Origin: Leucoraja erinacea
Lineage: Eukaryota
Assembly: GCF_028641065.1 (NCBI RefSeq)
Contig: NC_073409.1
Coordinates: 10,106,001-10,170,000, forward strand
Reading direction: 5' to 3'
Length of the DNA: 64,000 nt
How positions within the stretch are numbered: position 1 is the stretch's first letter; every line of letters starts with the position of its first letter. Position numbers and translations under genes: made by a program. The notes under the pieces were generated by a model. That model saw only the letters and a list, made by a program, of their open reading frames with translations. It did not search any database and was not told where the DNA came from. Positions 39,322 to 52,475 of the stretch are shown here, piece after piece.

Positions 39322-39404
39322 CAAAAGATAGCGAGCACATAGAGCCCAAAGTGGAAAATCTCAGTGCTTCAATTGTGTCTGAGGAAACGGAATTGGTATC
39401 TAAG
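39322..39404 (+). CDS. CCPG1: CCPG1 coding exon 3
   Basis: TGCAG|..KDSEHIEPKVENLSASIVSEETELVSK|GTGAG; 83 nt, restores phase 0. Confidence 0.8.
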
Positions 39405-40863
39405 GTGAGATCCTAGTCAAATTGCCTTTAATGAACTTGCATTTGCAGTATTCAATTGGATGGTTGGTTGGTAATATCTGGTTACTCTTTAAATAATAAA
39501 GTTGGAATCATTAACATTTGTAAAGTGTCGTCAGAAATGTGATTCAAACATAAAGAAATAATTGGATTGGCTAATTAATTATGAACCCACTGCTTTTCTA
39601 ATTTACACAAACCTTAATGTTCCTTGTAATATTTGATTTCATCAGAAATGATTGTGTATATAACCTTTTTGTCACAGCCTTTCTCTTTTGGAGCTATTTT
39701 CTGTGGTATTGGCTTTTGGGGCATTTTCGGTGGCCTAGAAATTCTAATGGGTAACACGATGTTTTCTAATTATTAAAAATTTGATGTCTAAACATGTGAA
39801 TGCTTAGTATTCTGGATTTTCATTGAATATCCTTGGTGTACAATATTGTTTTGTGCAGATGAGACCCAATCAATATCATGGATCAACATGACACATGATT
39901 AGTACAGGTGTCAGAGGTTATAGTGAGAAGACAGGAGAATGGTGTTAGGAGGGAGAGATAGATCAGACATGATTGAATGGCAGAGTAGACGTGATGGGCC
40001 AAAGAGCCTAATTCTACTCCTATTCCTTATGAACACACTAAAGCAAATTTGAGTTGAGATCAGGCCTGCTTTGACATAATTAAAAATGAGGCAACAGGGA
40101 GACAGAATTATTCATTTTATCCATTTGCTTCATATTTATTGGTGGAACGGTGTGTTCTTGTCACCTGAGCAGTAGAGAAAGCCATTTATGCAGTATGGAT
40201 TTGAATGCTAATCTATATTTAAAATTTCAGAGGCAAGAAAATGTGTTTAATTGATGAATACAGGAGCCAGCTTGCTGCCAAATAATCATTGAAAATGTGG
40301 AAAACCTCGGTTGTATTTCATGCTTTTTTTAACTTTCTTATTCAAGAGGTAAAGATTTATTTGAGATAATCAATAGAGAGGTTTAGGTGCACATCTTCTA
40401 ACTGGACTGAAAACTATTTTTATCTTGATGTGTTTTTTTCAGCACAGGATACTATTGAAAATCACTTAATATCTTGAACTCGCAGCCATCTATTTCCAAT
40501 GCTGTTTTGGAATTCCACTCAACCTTGGGAATCACCTATCGCTTCAGAAGTCAAAGCATTCTAAATTGGATTGGATTTAAAAAATTGCTATTTTACTGAA
40601 AATAGGGTTAACCTCCGGATATAAAACTCTTGGACATTTTGAGGGTAGACAGTAAAACCTTGTTGAATGCCAAAATCTTTATAATGTATTTCAAATTTAC
40701 TTGATATAATTTCTGAGAAACATTCCTAATTGTGAAATGTGCACTTTTGGTGTAGGTTGCATTTTATGGATTTGACTTGCAAAAATAAATTGCCATGAAA
40801 ACTTAATTTTTCCTTTTTTAAAAACTAACAGGGCACTCTTGTTTCCATGTTGTTTTTAACTAG

Positions 40864-41074
40864 GCACCAAAAGAAGAATTGGCTGATGACAGTACTTTTG
40901 TTGGTGCAACCAGTGATGATTCAGATATTGTTACCCTTGAGTCACCGCCTGTGGAAGATCTTCAGACTATTCAAGAAGCAACTGAAGATGCCGAAGCAGA
41001 GCACATGAATGACGATGAATTGAACCTTGGCTCGTCCTCCAGCAGCCAGTATACTTTTGCCCCTCCCGAAACAG
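40864..41074 (+). CDS. CCPG1: CCPG1 coding exon 4 (FIR2 SDDSDIVTL)
   Basis: TAG|APKEELADDSTFVGATSDDSDIVTLE...LGSSSSSQYTFAPPET|GTAAG; 211 nt. Confidence 0.95.
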
Positions 41075-43877
41075 GTAAGAACAGGTTATTTAAAGTGCAG
41101 CTTGAGTGCAAGGTAATGATTTTTCTCGTCAATAAGTTAAATCTGCATTGAAGATGTTTGAGTAGGTGTAGATTTCACAATTTTAACATCAATTCATAAC
41201 TTAATTTATTAAATACTGTACCCATTTATTGAGATTAAAAGACAATTGCTTTATTATTCTAATAACAGATACTTTACCTTTGACATTCAAACTACTGGTA
41301 ATTCTGTACACATTGAATTATAAGGATCTTTGAATTGACAACTTTTTAAGATGATTGACCAAAACTGAAGCTAAGCATAATGAATGCTTGAAAACCGATT
41401 TATAAGCAATCAAAAAAAAACCTTGTTTGTAAATTCACTGTTATTGAGGTGAATGTGACAGCTATGCCAAGCTTCACTCCCAGAGCTGACCTGAATACAG
41501 ATTTATATATTTTCTCCCTTTGTTCTGGGTCACCGAGCATAACAAAACATTGCCTCTATTGGTCCTATTGTTTAGTTTGATGTTATGCTAAAACCACTGC
41601 TTTCTACCGGTATATTTCTTCAGGCTAAGTTCTTGGCAATAAATACAAATGTCTGTTTTATGCAGATTCAAATACACTTGCTTATTTCCTAATGGACACC
41701 CTGTTTCATTCCTGTCATTTCTAACTTCTGGAAGCTTATGAACATTTATATCTAAAAAAAAAAGCAACGTGACCTCTGAATTGCCACAGTGTACTTCAAA
41801 AGTAGGGGAGTTGTTAAGTTGTTAGTATTATGTCAGGATGCTTTGCCTAGCTGCTTGAATGACTCCCTTGCTGAGTTATCGACACCTTGGTTGGTGCCAA
41901 AGTTATGGCAGGTAATGTTGATATTTCTTATAGTTTTATATTTGCATATATTCTTACACCAGAGGGAGTCTTTTGATCCACTAAGTCTAATAAGGCTGTG
42001 GATCAAAAGGCTTTAAGAACAATCATATTAATCCCACTCTCCCACTTGAACCCCTGTAACCTATTCTATTTTACGAGCTACCTATAATAGGGCTATTTTA
42101 CAGTTGCCAATTAATGTTACATCCAAACACTGGGTTTGGAAGAAAACTATAGTATTTGTGTGGGGAACCCTGTCGTCACAGGGAGAACATGCAAATTCCA
42201 CACAAACAGCACCAGACGTCAAAATCAGACCCTGGTCACGGGAGCTGTGAGACAGATGCACTACCTGTCACATCTCTATGTTACCCTGTTGAGGAAGTTT
42301 AGTTAGAAAAGTACACAGGAAATAAAAGATACACTTGCAGTCTAAAGAAGGATCCTGACCCAAAACATTTTCTGTCCATTTTCCTCCACAGATGCTGCCC
42401 TACCGGCTGAGTTCCTCCAGCACTTTGTTTTTTACTCAGCATCTTGGCTACCCCAGCTTATCTCATCTTATGAACAAATTGGTTGAAGTGGACAAATATT
42501 TTGTAATATGCTCTAAATTGCTGATCTTATGCTTTTTTTTTTTTAGTGATCTATCGTTTCAGTCCTATAATCTTCCAACCTCATCCATTTAACGTATCCA
42601 TCCCTTTGCTCTCACACCCAACGAATAAATGTCATGCCCTTGCCTTTGTTTACAAATGATCTTGATGCATTTGCATCGTAATAATTGCTGTGCTGTTTCC
42701 CATCAAGCCCCAGGGATCCATCGTGCATTGGAAAACCTTGTGCTGTCAACTTCGGCACTTTGCAATTTGTTCCAATAATCCACTAGCCGTTTCATATTAA
42801 TTTTGAAATTTCCCTTTGAAACTTACTTTTGAGACCTATCTATCTTGGTCCGCTTCACCTAACTTGTCTATTAAGCCAGCCACTGTGTAGTTTGATACTT
42901 CAAATCTGTAATTATAATTCACTCCAACCACCATCACCACAACAACCCCCCCCCCCTCAAATCTTTTAGAGGGCAAAGTAAACCACTGGGGGAAGGAAAT
43001 TCCTTTCCTCAATGGATGTGCTGCTTTGTTGCTTATAAAAAAAGTTGTCAAATATTTGCTCCCATGCAAATTTGTAGTAAGATATTTAGTCTAAATATTT
43101 TTTCTTGTATTATTGCTGTTTCTTAAAGAGCATTTTGTATGTAAGGTGAAAAGGGGGAAACATTTCCAGATTTCTACATTAAAAAAGAAATCAAAGAGGC
43201 TGGTTAAATAATAATAATAATAAACTTTGTTACGGACTCGAGGTCCAGACAACATATAAAATACATATAAAATCTTAGTATATCACTTATAAAAGCATCA
43301 TAAATTATATTAAAAAAACACGATACATGAGCTAAAAATCCAGATTAAAAGAATGATCAATGTCCTACAATGAGACAACGATACCAGTGTCTCCACAGCT
43401 GGGATTCGTAGCGTGTAGTGCTAACCCTTATGTTTGACAAGGCCACAGTAATTACATTTTTAGAGTCATGTATCCTGCAAATGAATTTATCTAGTCGTTG
43501 TTTTTTTTTGCAGTGGTGTGCACATAAGTATCCCATTATTCTCTTCTGAATGACTGGCTTCTAAAAGGTCTGGTTCACAGTCGACTAATACAATGACAAC
43601 CTGATCCAACATGTTACACAGAATCTTCATTAATCTCTTTCATGGAGTGTTGGGTTAGGTTTGGAATCAAATAGAAGTGGAGTATTTTTTTCCCCCTTCA
43701 TATCGCTTTTTATAAAAGGTAGGAGCAGAAACAGGTCATTCGGTCCATCGAGTCAGCTCATGGCATATCTTTGTATTGTTTCATTAACTTGTCATAAATC
43801 TTTAATAATCATAGATGCACTATAATGCACAGATTATAAGAGGACTGCGTAATCTTTATAATGTTTTTCAATTTTAG

Positions 43878-44123
43878 TATCTGCATTGGAAGGAAGCATG
43901 AATGAATCGAGTAGCGATGAAACCAGTGGTAATTCCAGCCCAACTCTGCGGAGACGACGCATTCGAAAAAGAACCCTATCTTCTTCTGAAGCAGAGGAAA
44001 AACCAGAGGAGGATGTGGTGGATGGAGAACAGCAGCAGCAGCATCGATTCAATACCACTCTGAATAAATGCATTTTACTTGCACTGGTTATCGCTTTCAG
44101 CATGGGATTTGGGCACTTCTATG
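43878..44123 (+). CDS. CCPG1: CCPG1 coding exon 5 (basic stretch and transmembrane helix)
   Basis: SSSDETSGNSSPTLRRRRIRKRT...LNKCILLALVIAFSMGFGHFY|GTAAG; 246 nt. Confidence 0.95.
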
Positions 44124-44589
44124 GTAAGTTCAACTTGTTACCTTGTCTGTGCATAGCTCCTTCTTCCATATAGTTGGTGCCTCAAGGTGCTTCTCAGAAG
44201 AGAAAATGGGAAGAGAAAGAAATTGTTAAGATTAAAATTTAAACTAGAGAGACAGTAGGATGGGCACCAGAGTATTAGGTTAGAAATTGGAGAGAGTAAT
44301 AGGAAGGTAGAGGTTAGGACCAATAAGTCTTAAAAGGAAGGATAGGCAGGGAGAAGCAGGGAGAACCACGTTTTTGCAATGGCTACAACAACATAATTGG
44401 GCTTCGCAAATTGCCCCTAGTGTGTTGGGAGTGGATGCGAAAGTGAGATAATATAGAACTAGTGTAAATGGGTGATAGATGATTGCCGTGGACTGGATTG
44501 GCCAATAGGCATGTTTCCATGCTGGGTTGTTTTTCCAATCAACTTTTTAATCAATATTAATATTCAAGGTCATCTTGAGATTAAGGTGG

Positions 44590-46015
44590 TGATGTTAGTG
44601 TGCTTAAACCATTAAAGTGGTTAAATAACTAGGATCTGATATATCCTAGATTATTGAGAGAGGCAAGAGAGGAAATTGCAGAAGCCTTGACGAAGATCTT
44701 TGCATCTTCTCTAGCCAGAAGTAACATACTGGAGGACTGGAGAGTAACTAATGTTGTTCCTTTATTTAAGTAGGGAAAATCCAGGGAATTATAGGTCAGT
44801 GAGCCTCAAGTCAGTAGTGGGGAAGCTTTTGGAGAAGATTGTTTGGGATAGGATTTACTCGGAATATAGATCAGCTACAGAAACAGCTGAGGAAATGGCA
44901 GATGGACTTTAATCTGAGCAAGTGTGAGGAATGATATGGGGGCTTTGGAAAGGGTGCAGAGGCAGTTTACCTGGATCAGAGGGTATACGGTTCAGGGAGG
45001 GGTTGGGCGGTCATGGTGGCGCAGCAGTAGAGTTACTGCCTTGCAGCGAATGCAGCACCGGAGACCCAGGTTCGATCCCGACTACGGGTGCTGTCTGTAC
45101 GGAGTTTGAACGTTCTCCCCGTGACCTGCGTGGTTTTCCCCGAGATCCTCGGTTTCCTCCCACACTCCAAAGACGTACAGGTCACAGCTTAAGGATAAGG
45201 GGGAAATCCTTTAAAACCGAGATGAGAAGAACTTTTTTCACACAGAGAATGGTGAATCTCTGGAACTCTCTGCCACAGTGGGTAGTTGAGGCCAGTTCAT
45301 TGGCTATATTTAAGAGGGAGTTAGATGTGGCCCTTGTGGCTAAGGGGATCAGGGGGTATGGAGAGAAGGCAGGTACAGGATACTGAGTTGGATGATCAGC
45401 CATGATCATATTGAATGGCGGTGCAGGCTCGAAGGGGTGCCGAATGGCCTACTCCTGCACCTAATTTCTATGTTTCTAAAGACGTACAGTTTGTAGGTTA
45501 ATTGGCTTGGTAAATATAAACATTGTCCCTAGTGGCTGCAGGATAGTGTTAATGTGCGGGGGGATCGCTGGGCGGTGTGGACCCAGTGGGCTGAAGGGCC
45601 TGTTTCCGTGCAGTATCTCTTATAACTAAACTAAAACCTGGATTGTTTTCTCTGGAATGCCTGAGGTTGTGGGGAGATCTTATAGAGGGATATAAAATTG
45701 AAAGGCATAGCTAGTGGAGACAGAATCTTTTTCTCTGGATGGGAAAAATCAAATACTAGCTTTAAGGCATGAGGGGCTAAGTTTAAAGGATATCTGTGGG
45801 GCAAGTTTTTATTTTCACACAGAGGGTGGTGAGTGCCTGGAACGCACTGCCAACGTTGGTGGTTGGCTGATATGTAAGTAGAATTTCAGAGACTGGATAT
45901 GCAAGGAATGGAGGGATATGGATTATGTACAGGTAAATAAGAGATGGGCTTGACGTCGTGTTCGACACCGACATTGTGGGCCGAAGGGCCTGTTCTTGTG
46001 CTGTACTGTTCTATG
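44590..46015 (+). mobile_element. Nested cluster: old CR1 containing an HE1-like SINE (~45005-45635), which contains a younger CR1 3' end (45181-45477)
   Basis: SINE A/B boxes TGGCGCAGCAG and GGTTCGATCCC. The inner CR1 (GHSLRIRGKSFKTEMRRTFFTQRMVNLWNSLP) is flanked by TSD AAAGACGTACAG (45169-45180, 45478-45489). Confidence 0.8.
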
Positions 46016-46478
46016 TTCGACGTTTTGAAAAGGGTTTTGAAAGCAGAGAATTAAAGATGAATGGAGAGAGGTTTAGTGTAAACTCAGTTGAATACTTTTA
46101 CAAAGTGAATTGAGGGAGGGGGAAATAGAGAAATTGTTCTGTAGCCTTGGATAGTTCAGTCTTGTTGCATTAGTTTGCTATTCATTTCTTAAGTTTATGG
46201 TACCACTGACTGAGCTAATGCAAACTATTGTTTTTGATTCTGCTACATTCTTTTCGGCGACCATTATAACCTCTGCTCCCTGTCCACCTAGGAAGTATGA
46301 GAGCTATATTTAAAAATTACTTAAGATAGACACAAAAAGCTGGAGTAACTCATTACCTTGTTAGTTCAATGAGAAGGCTGGAAATAAGACAACGTTATGG
46401 TTTGTAAAAGCGTATGCAGAAGGCACTCATTGTTTAGAGGTAGGATTGGTATGACTTGTCAGAGAGAACTATACTGTA

Positions 46479-46919
46479 CAGTAAACCCTCGTTTTGACAG
46501 ACCTTTTTATAATGGATTTCAGTTATAGCAGTCGAACCTACCGACGGCTGCCTTGGCTCACACAGCCTCCCCTGCCGCTTGCCTACAGACCCGGCTGTCC
46601 ATGTCACCCCCGCCCCTCCCCTGGCCGCCAGCAGGCCAGGGCCGTCAACTCACTTGGATTCCAGACCCTGTTCCAGACTGCGAGTCTGAAGAAAGGTCTC
46701 GAAACGAAAAGTCACTTATCCATGTTCTCCAGAGATGCTGCCTGACCTGCTGAGTTATTCTAGCACTTTGGGTTCTTTTGTGTATTAACCAGCAACTGCA
46801 GTTTTTGGTTCTACTATTTATGCAATGATAATATCGTACTTGGTTATAGCCGACATTCAGCAGTAACGGACAGCATTCCGCCCCCCCTCCCCATGGTGCA
46901 TTATAACAAGGGTTTGCTG
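46479..46919. mobile_element. Tigger/pogo-like (Tc1/mariner) MITE with a nested short repeat (~46683-46815)
   Basis: TA|CAGTAAACCCTCGTT ... AACAAGGGTTTGCTG|TA terminal inverted repeats. Confidence 0.7.
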
Positions 46920-47350
46920 TATTTTGTTATGTCTCAGTTGTCGTTGGTTACTAAAATGAATACCCATCATGAGGAATTTAAAAATGTAGAAGTGAAAGTT
47001 AGACTACAAACTGGTGTGCATAGGACTTGTTATTTTTTTCCTTGGTTCTTGAAGCCATCTGTTGGCGTATGCTTGTTTTATTACCGATAGGTCACATAAA
47101 GAGAAAAGGCAATGAAAATGCATGCTTTCAGAACACATTACCACCTTTCAATCCTGAGATTAAACAGTAAATTGAACTGCCAACTGTCACGTGCTCATTC
47201 TTACGAATTTGGGGAAATGAGCTTCCAGACCTTCCATGCGTGTGTTATTGATGTAATGCATTTGGTTTAAAGGCCAGTCTGGTGTGAAGTAACGTACAGT
47301 TTTTTTGTTCTGTATTGTGGCTTATGGTTAGTTTTTTATGTTTTTTTCAG

Positions 47351-47362
47351 GTGAATTTGAAG
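47351..47362 (+). CDS. CCPG1: Candidate CCPG1 12-nt microexon (phase 1/1)
   Basis: TTTTTTATGTTTTTTTCAG|GTGAATTTGAAG|GTAAGA; in frame, changes HFYG-TTQ to HFYGEFEG-TTQ. Confidence 0.55.
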
Positions 47363-48171
47363 GTAAGAATGGCAGTGAGTACAACAACCAAAGCCATAAG
47401 AATTGTGTGGAAATATTTTATCAAATTTACATGCATTGCACTGGTTACTAGTGACTCTGAACCTGCCTTGACACTGCAAGCTTTATTGCTCTAAATTCTC
47501 TCAGATTTTAAATGCCAAGGTAGTCTTAGTTTTGTATATTTTAAAGGAAAATTGGTAATTTGCTTTTAATGAAAGCTGTTTAAGTACATGTAGTACAGAA
47601 GTTGTAACTCATGTCATACAACATGGAAACAAGACCAATGGTCCACCAGCTCTGCCCATCAACTACCCATCTGCACCAATTCCTATTTTCCTCTCATGCA
47701 TTCCCTTCAACAACCCCTAGATTCTACTATTTACTTGCACGCTTAGGTCAATTTATAGTGACAAATTATCCTGGGATCTGGGATATGAAAGGAAACTGGA
47801 CAACCTAAGGAAACTCACAGTCTCATAGGGCGAGTGTACAAACTCCACATAGTCAAAATGAAAGCTGGGTGCTGGAACTGTGAAATGACAGCTCTATTAG
47901 CTTCACCATTGCCACTGCTGTTTTTATTTATAGATTTCATTTTTATTCGTGTATGTTTGGAGAAAACAAACAATGTACTAAAAATGTTTTGAATACTAGC
48001 ATTTTTGTGATGCTGTTTCTGGGTTTATGAAGATTTTTAATGCACCCTTCACAAAAGGAAATCTCAGTCTTCAACTTAATAGCAACTGGAACAGGTGTGA
48101 TCAGGTCTAAATCCTAACACTTCGAAGCATCAAAGTGCTTCATCAAGTGTACTAAATACAGGATTGTCTAC

Positions 48172-48470
48172 TTTTAGTTTAGTTTAGCAATACAGCTCGG
48201 AAACAGGCCCACCGAGTCTGCGCCAACCAGCGATCCCCGTACACTAACACTACCCTAGAGACAATTTACAGTTTTTACCGAAGCCAATTAACCTACAAAC
48301 CTGTACGTCTTTGGAGTGTGGGAGCTCCCGAGGAAAACTGGAGCTCCCGAGGAAAACCCACGTGGTCACAGGGAGAACGTGCAAACTCCGTACAGACAGC
48401 ACCCATAGTCGGGATCGATCACGGGTGTCTGGGCTGTAAGGCAGCAACTCCACATCTGCCACGTGGCGCC
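48172..48470 (-). mobile_element. HE1-like tRNA SINE with an internal 19-bp tandem duplication
   Basis: (TTTAG)n tail and GGAAACAGGCCC; GGAGCTCCCGAGGAAAAC repeated; B-box remnant GGGATCGATC. Confidence 0.75.
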
Positions 48471-49814
48471 CATGTTTTGTTTTAACGATAATATGGTTTT
48501 AACGATACGTTTCCATTTGAGCTAACGATAATGCGTGCAGTAGTTAAGACAAGGTTTCTTCATATTGAAATTTGGATTTGAGTCAGCAGCATTCAGAGCA
48601 TGTGCAATTTGGTTTAATATTGGTTGGCTATGTAGACTAAATGCCCCTAACACTTTTTTCAATTTCCATTGTTTCAGCATGTACATATTTATTGAAATTC
48701 GTTGGTGCAATGTACAACATTTAGAATCTTTTATTTCTTGTAGCATGCAAAAAATCTTGATCGTTAGATTGCAATTTTGATGCTAAGTTTTGATCATTTA
48801 CTTTAAATATGTATGCATGAACGTTTAGAAAAAATGTGCTTTGGTGAATGCAAAAATACAATGCATGACTTTTAAGAATGGAAAATGCTTTTGAACATTT
48901 GCATTACTTTTGTTTTGGGGGGGGGGAAGGAGAGAGTGAAAATGAACTTGAAATATCCAAGTACAAATAATATAAGCATGGACCGATATAATATTCCTGT
49001 CCACTATGTTTCACTTGGATTTATTGCATATGTTTTTATCGTTTGAAAGTCTTTGTATCATTTTATTGTGACATCCCTAATTGAGGTTTGTCAAGCTGTT
49101 TATAGAAATGGAAAGGTATACCTATTCAATGAAACCCTACACATAAGCTACAATGTGAATCAGTGCATGCTCAGAAAAGATGTATGCCAAGAAGAGAAAA
49201 TGTCTGAACTGTCTAAAACGATCTTTATATTGCTGTTTTAATTGTTTGAACACACATTTGGGTTTGTCATAGTTGTAAGGATAATTTATTTTGTTTATAT
49301 ATCGTATATCCTCCACATTGAGTTGCATTTGCCATATCTAAATACTCGTCCAACTAATCATCGTCTCTTTTGTGGGCACAATTACAAATAATAGCAAGCT
49401 AAATATATATTGATATTTCATTTTGGTAATCAAATATAGAAGCAGTGAAATAGAATACATTATAAATGGTAAATCATCAAATCCACGAATGAAATGCCAC
49501 GTTATTAAAATGTGATTCATAGGTCATGTTTTACAATGCCACACCATTCGAAATCCCCTTATGGCTGTTTACCTTTGATCATCAAACAGGGCCAGAATGT
49601 GAAGTGTAATGGTAAATGAAGCTGCACTGCCACACTTTCAGTTGTCTGTCATGTTGCCTAAGGCAGTAGTGTCTGCTTATATGTGTATACACACATAGCT
49701 GATTGTAAACCTGCGCATGTACTTGCATTTTTTAGTATTTGTATCGTCTCTGTTGAAATACATGCATTTGGGGTTGAGACTAACCTGCGAATTTAATACT
49801 TGATCCCTGTTTAG

Positions 49815-49853
49815 GAGACTTTCAAGATGGCAGCCAGTTGCCTCTGAAGAGGG
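49815..49853 (+). CDS. CCPG1: Candidate CCPG1 39-nt cassette exon (phase 1/1)
   Basis: Branch point ACTAAC (49779-49784); CCCTGTTTAG|GAGAC...GAAGAGGG|GTGAGA; open in frame as DFQDGSQLPLKRG. Confidence 0.5.
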
Positions 49854-52306
49854 GTGAGACGAAGCTCATTTGAAATAATGGGGAGTATGAGAAGGCCATC
49901 CTTGCTCTTGATAGCCCCCATTAAACTTTTTCTTTAAAAAAAAAAAAAATGCTTTAAAATGTATATTTTAAGTTTATACTTAGAATTTCAAAAAGATAGA
50001 GTACATATGGGGATTGCTTATTACTTGGAACAATACTAAGTTAGTGCTCTTAACTGTACACTTTTACACTCAATTTCGCTCGCACTTCTGGCTTGTTAAT
50101 TTTCACCTTAATGAAGTGATCTCTCTCTGGTGTAGCAATATTTATCTACTGCACTGGTTCTACCCCAGCAATTTGAATTCATGCTCACATTATAGACACT
50201 CGTGAAGATCAGCTTTTTAAAAAACATGTTCTCCAATGCATATACAGTTGTGGCTCTTTTGATTTGTGCACTTCATGTATGCCAGAAGCTAGTATTGATT
50301 GGCCATTTCTTTATTATATAAGCCTCTTGAAATTAGTCGAAGATGCTTCTGGCTCAAGAGAACCAACTAGGATCCTCGATCTGTGCGCTATATTGTTCAA
50401 ATATTTCTGAATAGAGGATACTTTTTACATTATTTTGGTTTCTTTTGAACTAAAAGTAACTCGTTCGAAAAGAATATACACAGTAGTCAGTGCTAAATTA
50501 GGAAAGATAATAATCAAACTGATGCGGCCTAAATTCACTTGTCTCCAATATTCCTAATTTTTTATGTTATTACATATTATATTTTTTATGTTCCCATTTA
50601 TTTCCTTGCCCTGTGCTTCAATAATTGGTGTTAGCTCTATGGGGTAAGGCTAAATCTGGCACTCCTTCGGTTTTATGCATCTGAAAACCAATTTCAGATC
50701 TTCTAGGCTACATGGCTTTCAGCTTTGTCTAAGGATATTTTTGTTCATTAGACGATCAAGAAAACTGCCGAACTGTTCTGATCCTCAATTGCAGATATAA
50801 TCTAAATGCAGTTCTTGCTTGAACTTGTGAATTATTTGTTTAGGTTTATTTGTGAGTTGATACTTCACTGTATTGGCCATTTACTTTGTGCATGTCCACT
50901 GAATCTCTTTTCCTCAACATGCCAGTGTGAGTGACACTAAATCTGAGGAAAATGTATCTGCATTATTGAATTGAATCAGACAACGGCATGTATACACAAA
51001 AAATGATTGTTCAGTAGTTACTGTTGAGGTGACTTTTCCAGGTGTCACCAATTTATTTGAAATTTCAAGAGCTACAAATTTGAACATCAAGATGGGTTTT
51101 GTAAAAACAAGATTATACTTGCATTTTCAAATGCCATGCAAACCTTCAACTATTGCTCTCCCATGTAAATATAACAATATTTAGAGGACCCAATTGGCTA
51201 CATTAATAAGCATTACAAAATAATCAGGCACAACAGTGCTATGAACTAATGCTTAAAAAAATTAAGAGCAGGGATGAGAAGTTTGCCTCCTGGGTTATCT
51301 CATTTGAAAGTGGACCAAAGGGTTTAGTTGGTGGCTGCCTGGAAATTGGCAGTAGAAAATTTAAATTAAATTGACTGAAAAAAAGTGTTGTTTACATTGG
51401 GAGAAACTACATGAATTAAGGTGCTTCTTTTCAAAACAAAAAACGAATATTTAAAAATCAAGAGAAAAAGAACACAATTTTTGTTAATTCTAGTTTAAAA
51501 AATTGAGCGAGCATAGGGAAGCATGTTATTGGATGGATTTTACCTTTGCCGGTTAAGACATTATGTACGGGGAAAATTGGTTCTCCTCCTCAGAGGACCA
51601 CACGGCAGTTGTAATAGTGTTGTACCTAAAATTTAAGTAAAGAAAATAGGATAAGTGAGTAGTTTTGAATGTAATTTTGTGTACATATACTAATTAATAG
51701 GATTTTGTCAATCTAAAGTAAAACAATGTTGGCAACTTTCTGGAAATCCGGCCTCATCTGCAGAGTTGATTTTTCATCCTGTGAATAATTTAAAGCACTT
51801 TCGTGTTTGTAGCTTAAAATTGGCCTGCTCATTGTTTTAGTGGGTCATCGCTTTATTTCTAGACTTGGATGATCTGCAAAAGTGAAAGCTCAAAGAAAAT
51901 TGCTTTATTCTTGCAAAATCTTTTTTAACTCGTGGAAATGATCATTTGTTAATGTGCAAAACATGTACATTTATGTGCACAAAATAGGGTAAACATTCAT
52001 TTTCAATTGAAGCTGAAGAAAGTGAAGAGTTGAATGCTTGTTTAAAGTATAGATGACATGACTGCTACAGCTAATGAAATATCAACCGTCACATTTATAT
52101 AAAGAACTCTTTAGAAAAGTGTGGTTATAGATATTCTTTTGGTTGTATTACTGCATTTATATCACAAATCATTATCTAATCACTTACATGCGTATAGTAA
52201 ATATTCCATATTTATCAAGTAACCATCCAGTAATGCACTGGTAAGATAATATCCAAAAGTCTTTTTTTGATAGTGCGATGGTACGTTTTGTTTTGGATAA
52301 TTGCAG

Positions 52307-52428
52307 GGACGACCCAAATACAAGAACTGCAGAAAATGGTAAAAAGAATCCATGAAGAAGAACTGAATGATATGAAGGATGATCTCTTTCAGTGCCAAAA
52401 TGATCAAGACTCCTATGTGGACAGTATG
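52307..52428 (+). CDS. CCPG1: CCPG1 coding exon 6 (luminal start)
   Basis: TGCAG|..TTQIQELQKMVKRIHEEELNDMKDDLFQCQNDQDSYVDSM|GTAGG; 122 nt. Confidence 0.92.
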
Positions 52429-52475
52429 GTAGGTCATTAAATCATTGTTTCACGGACACAAGGCCTACCTTGTGT

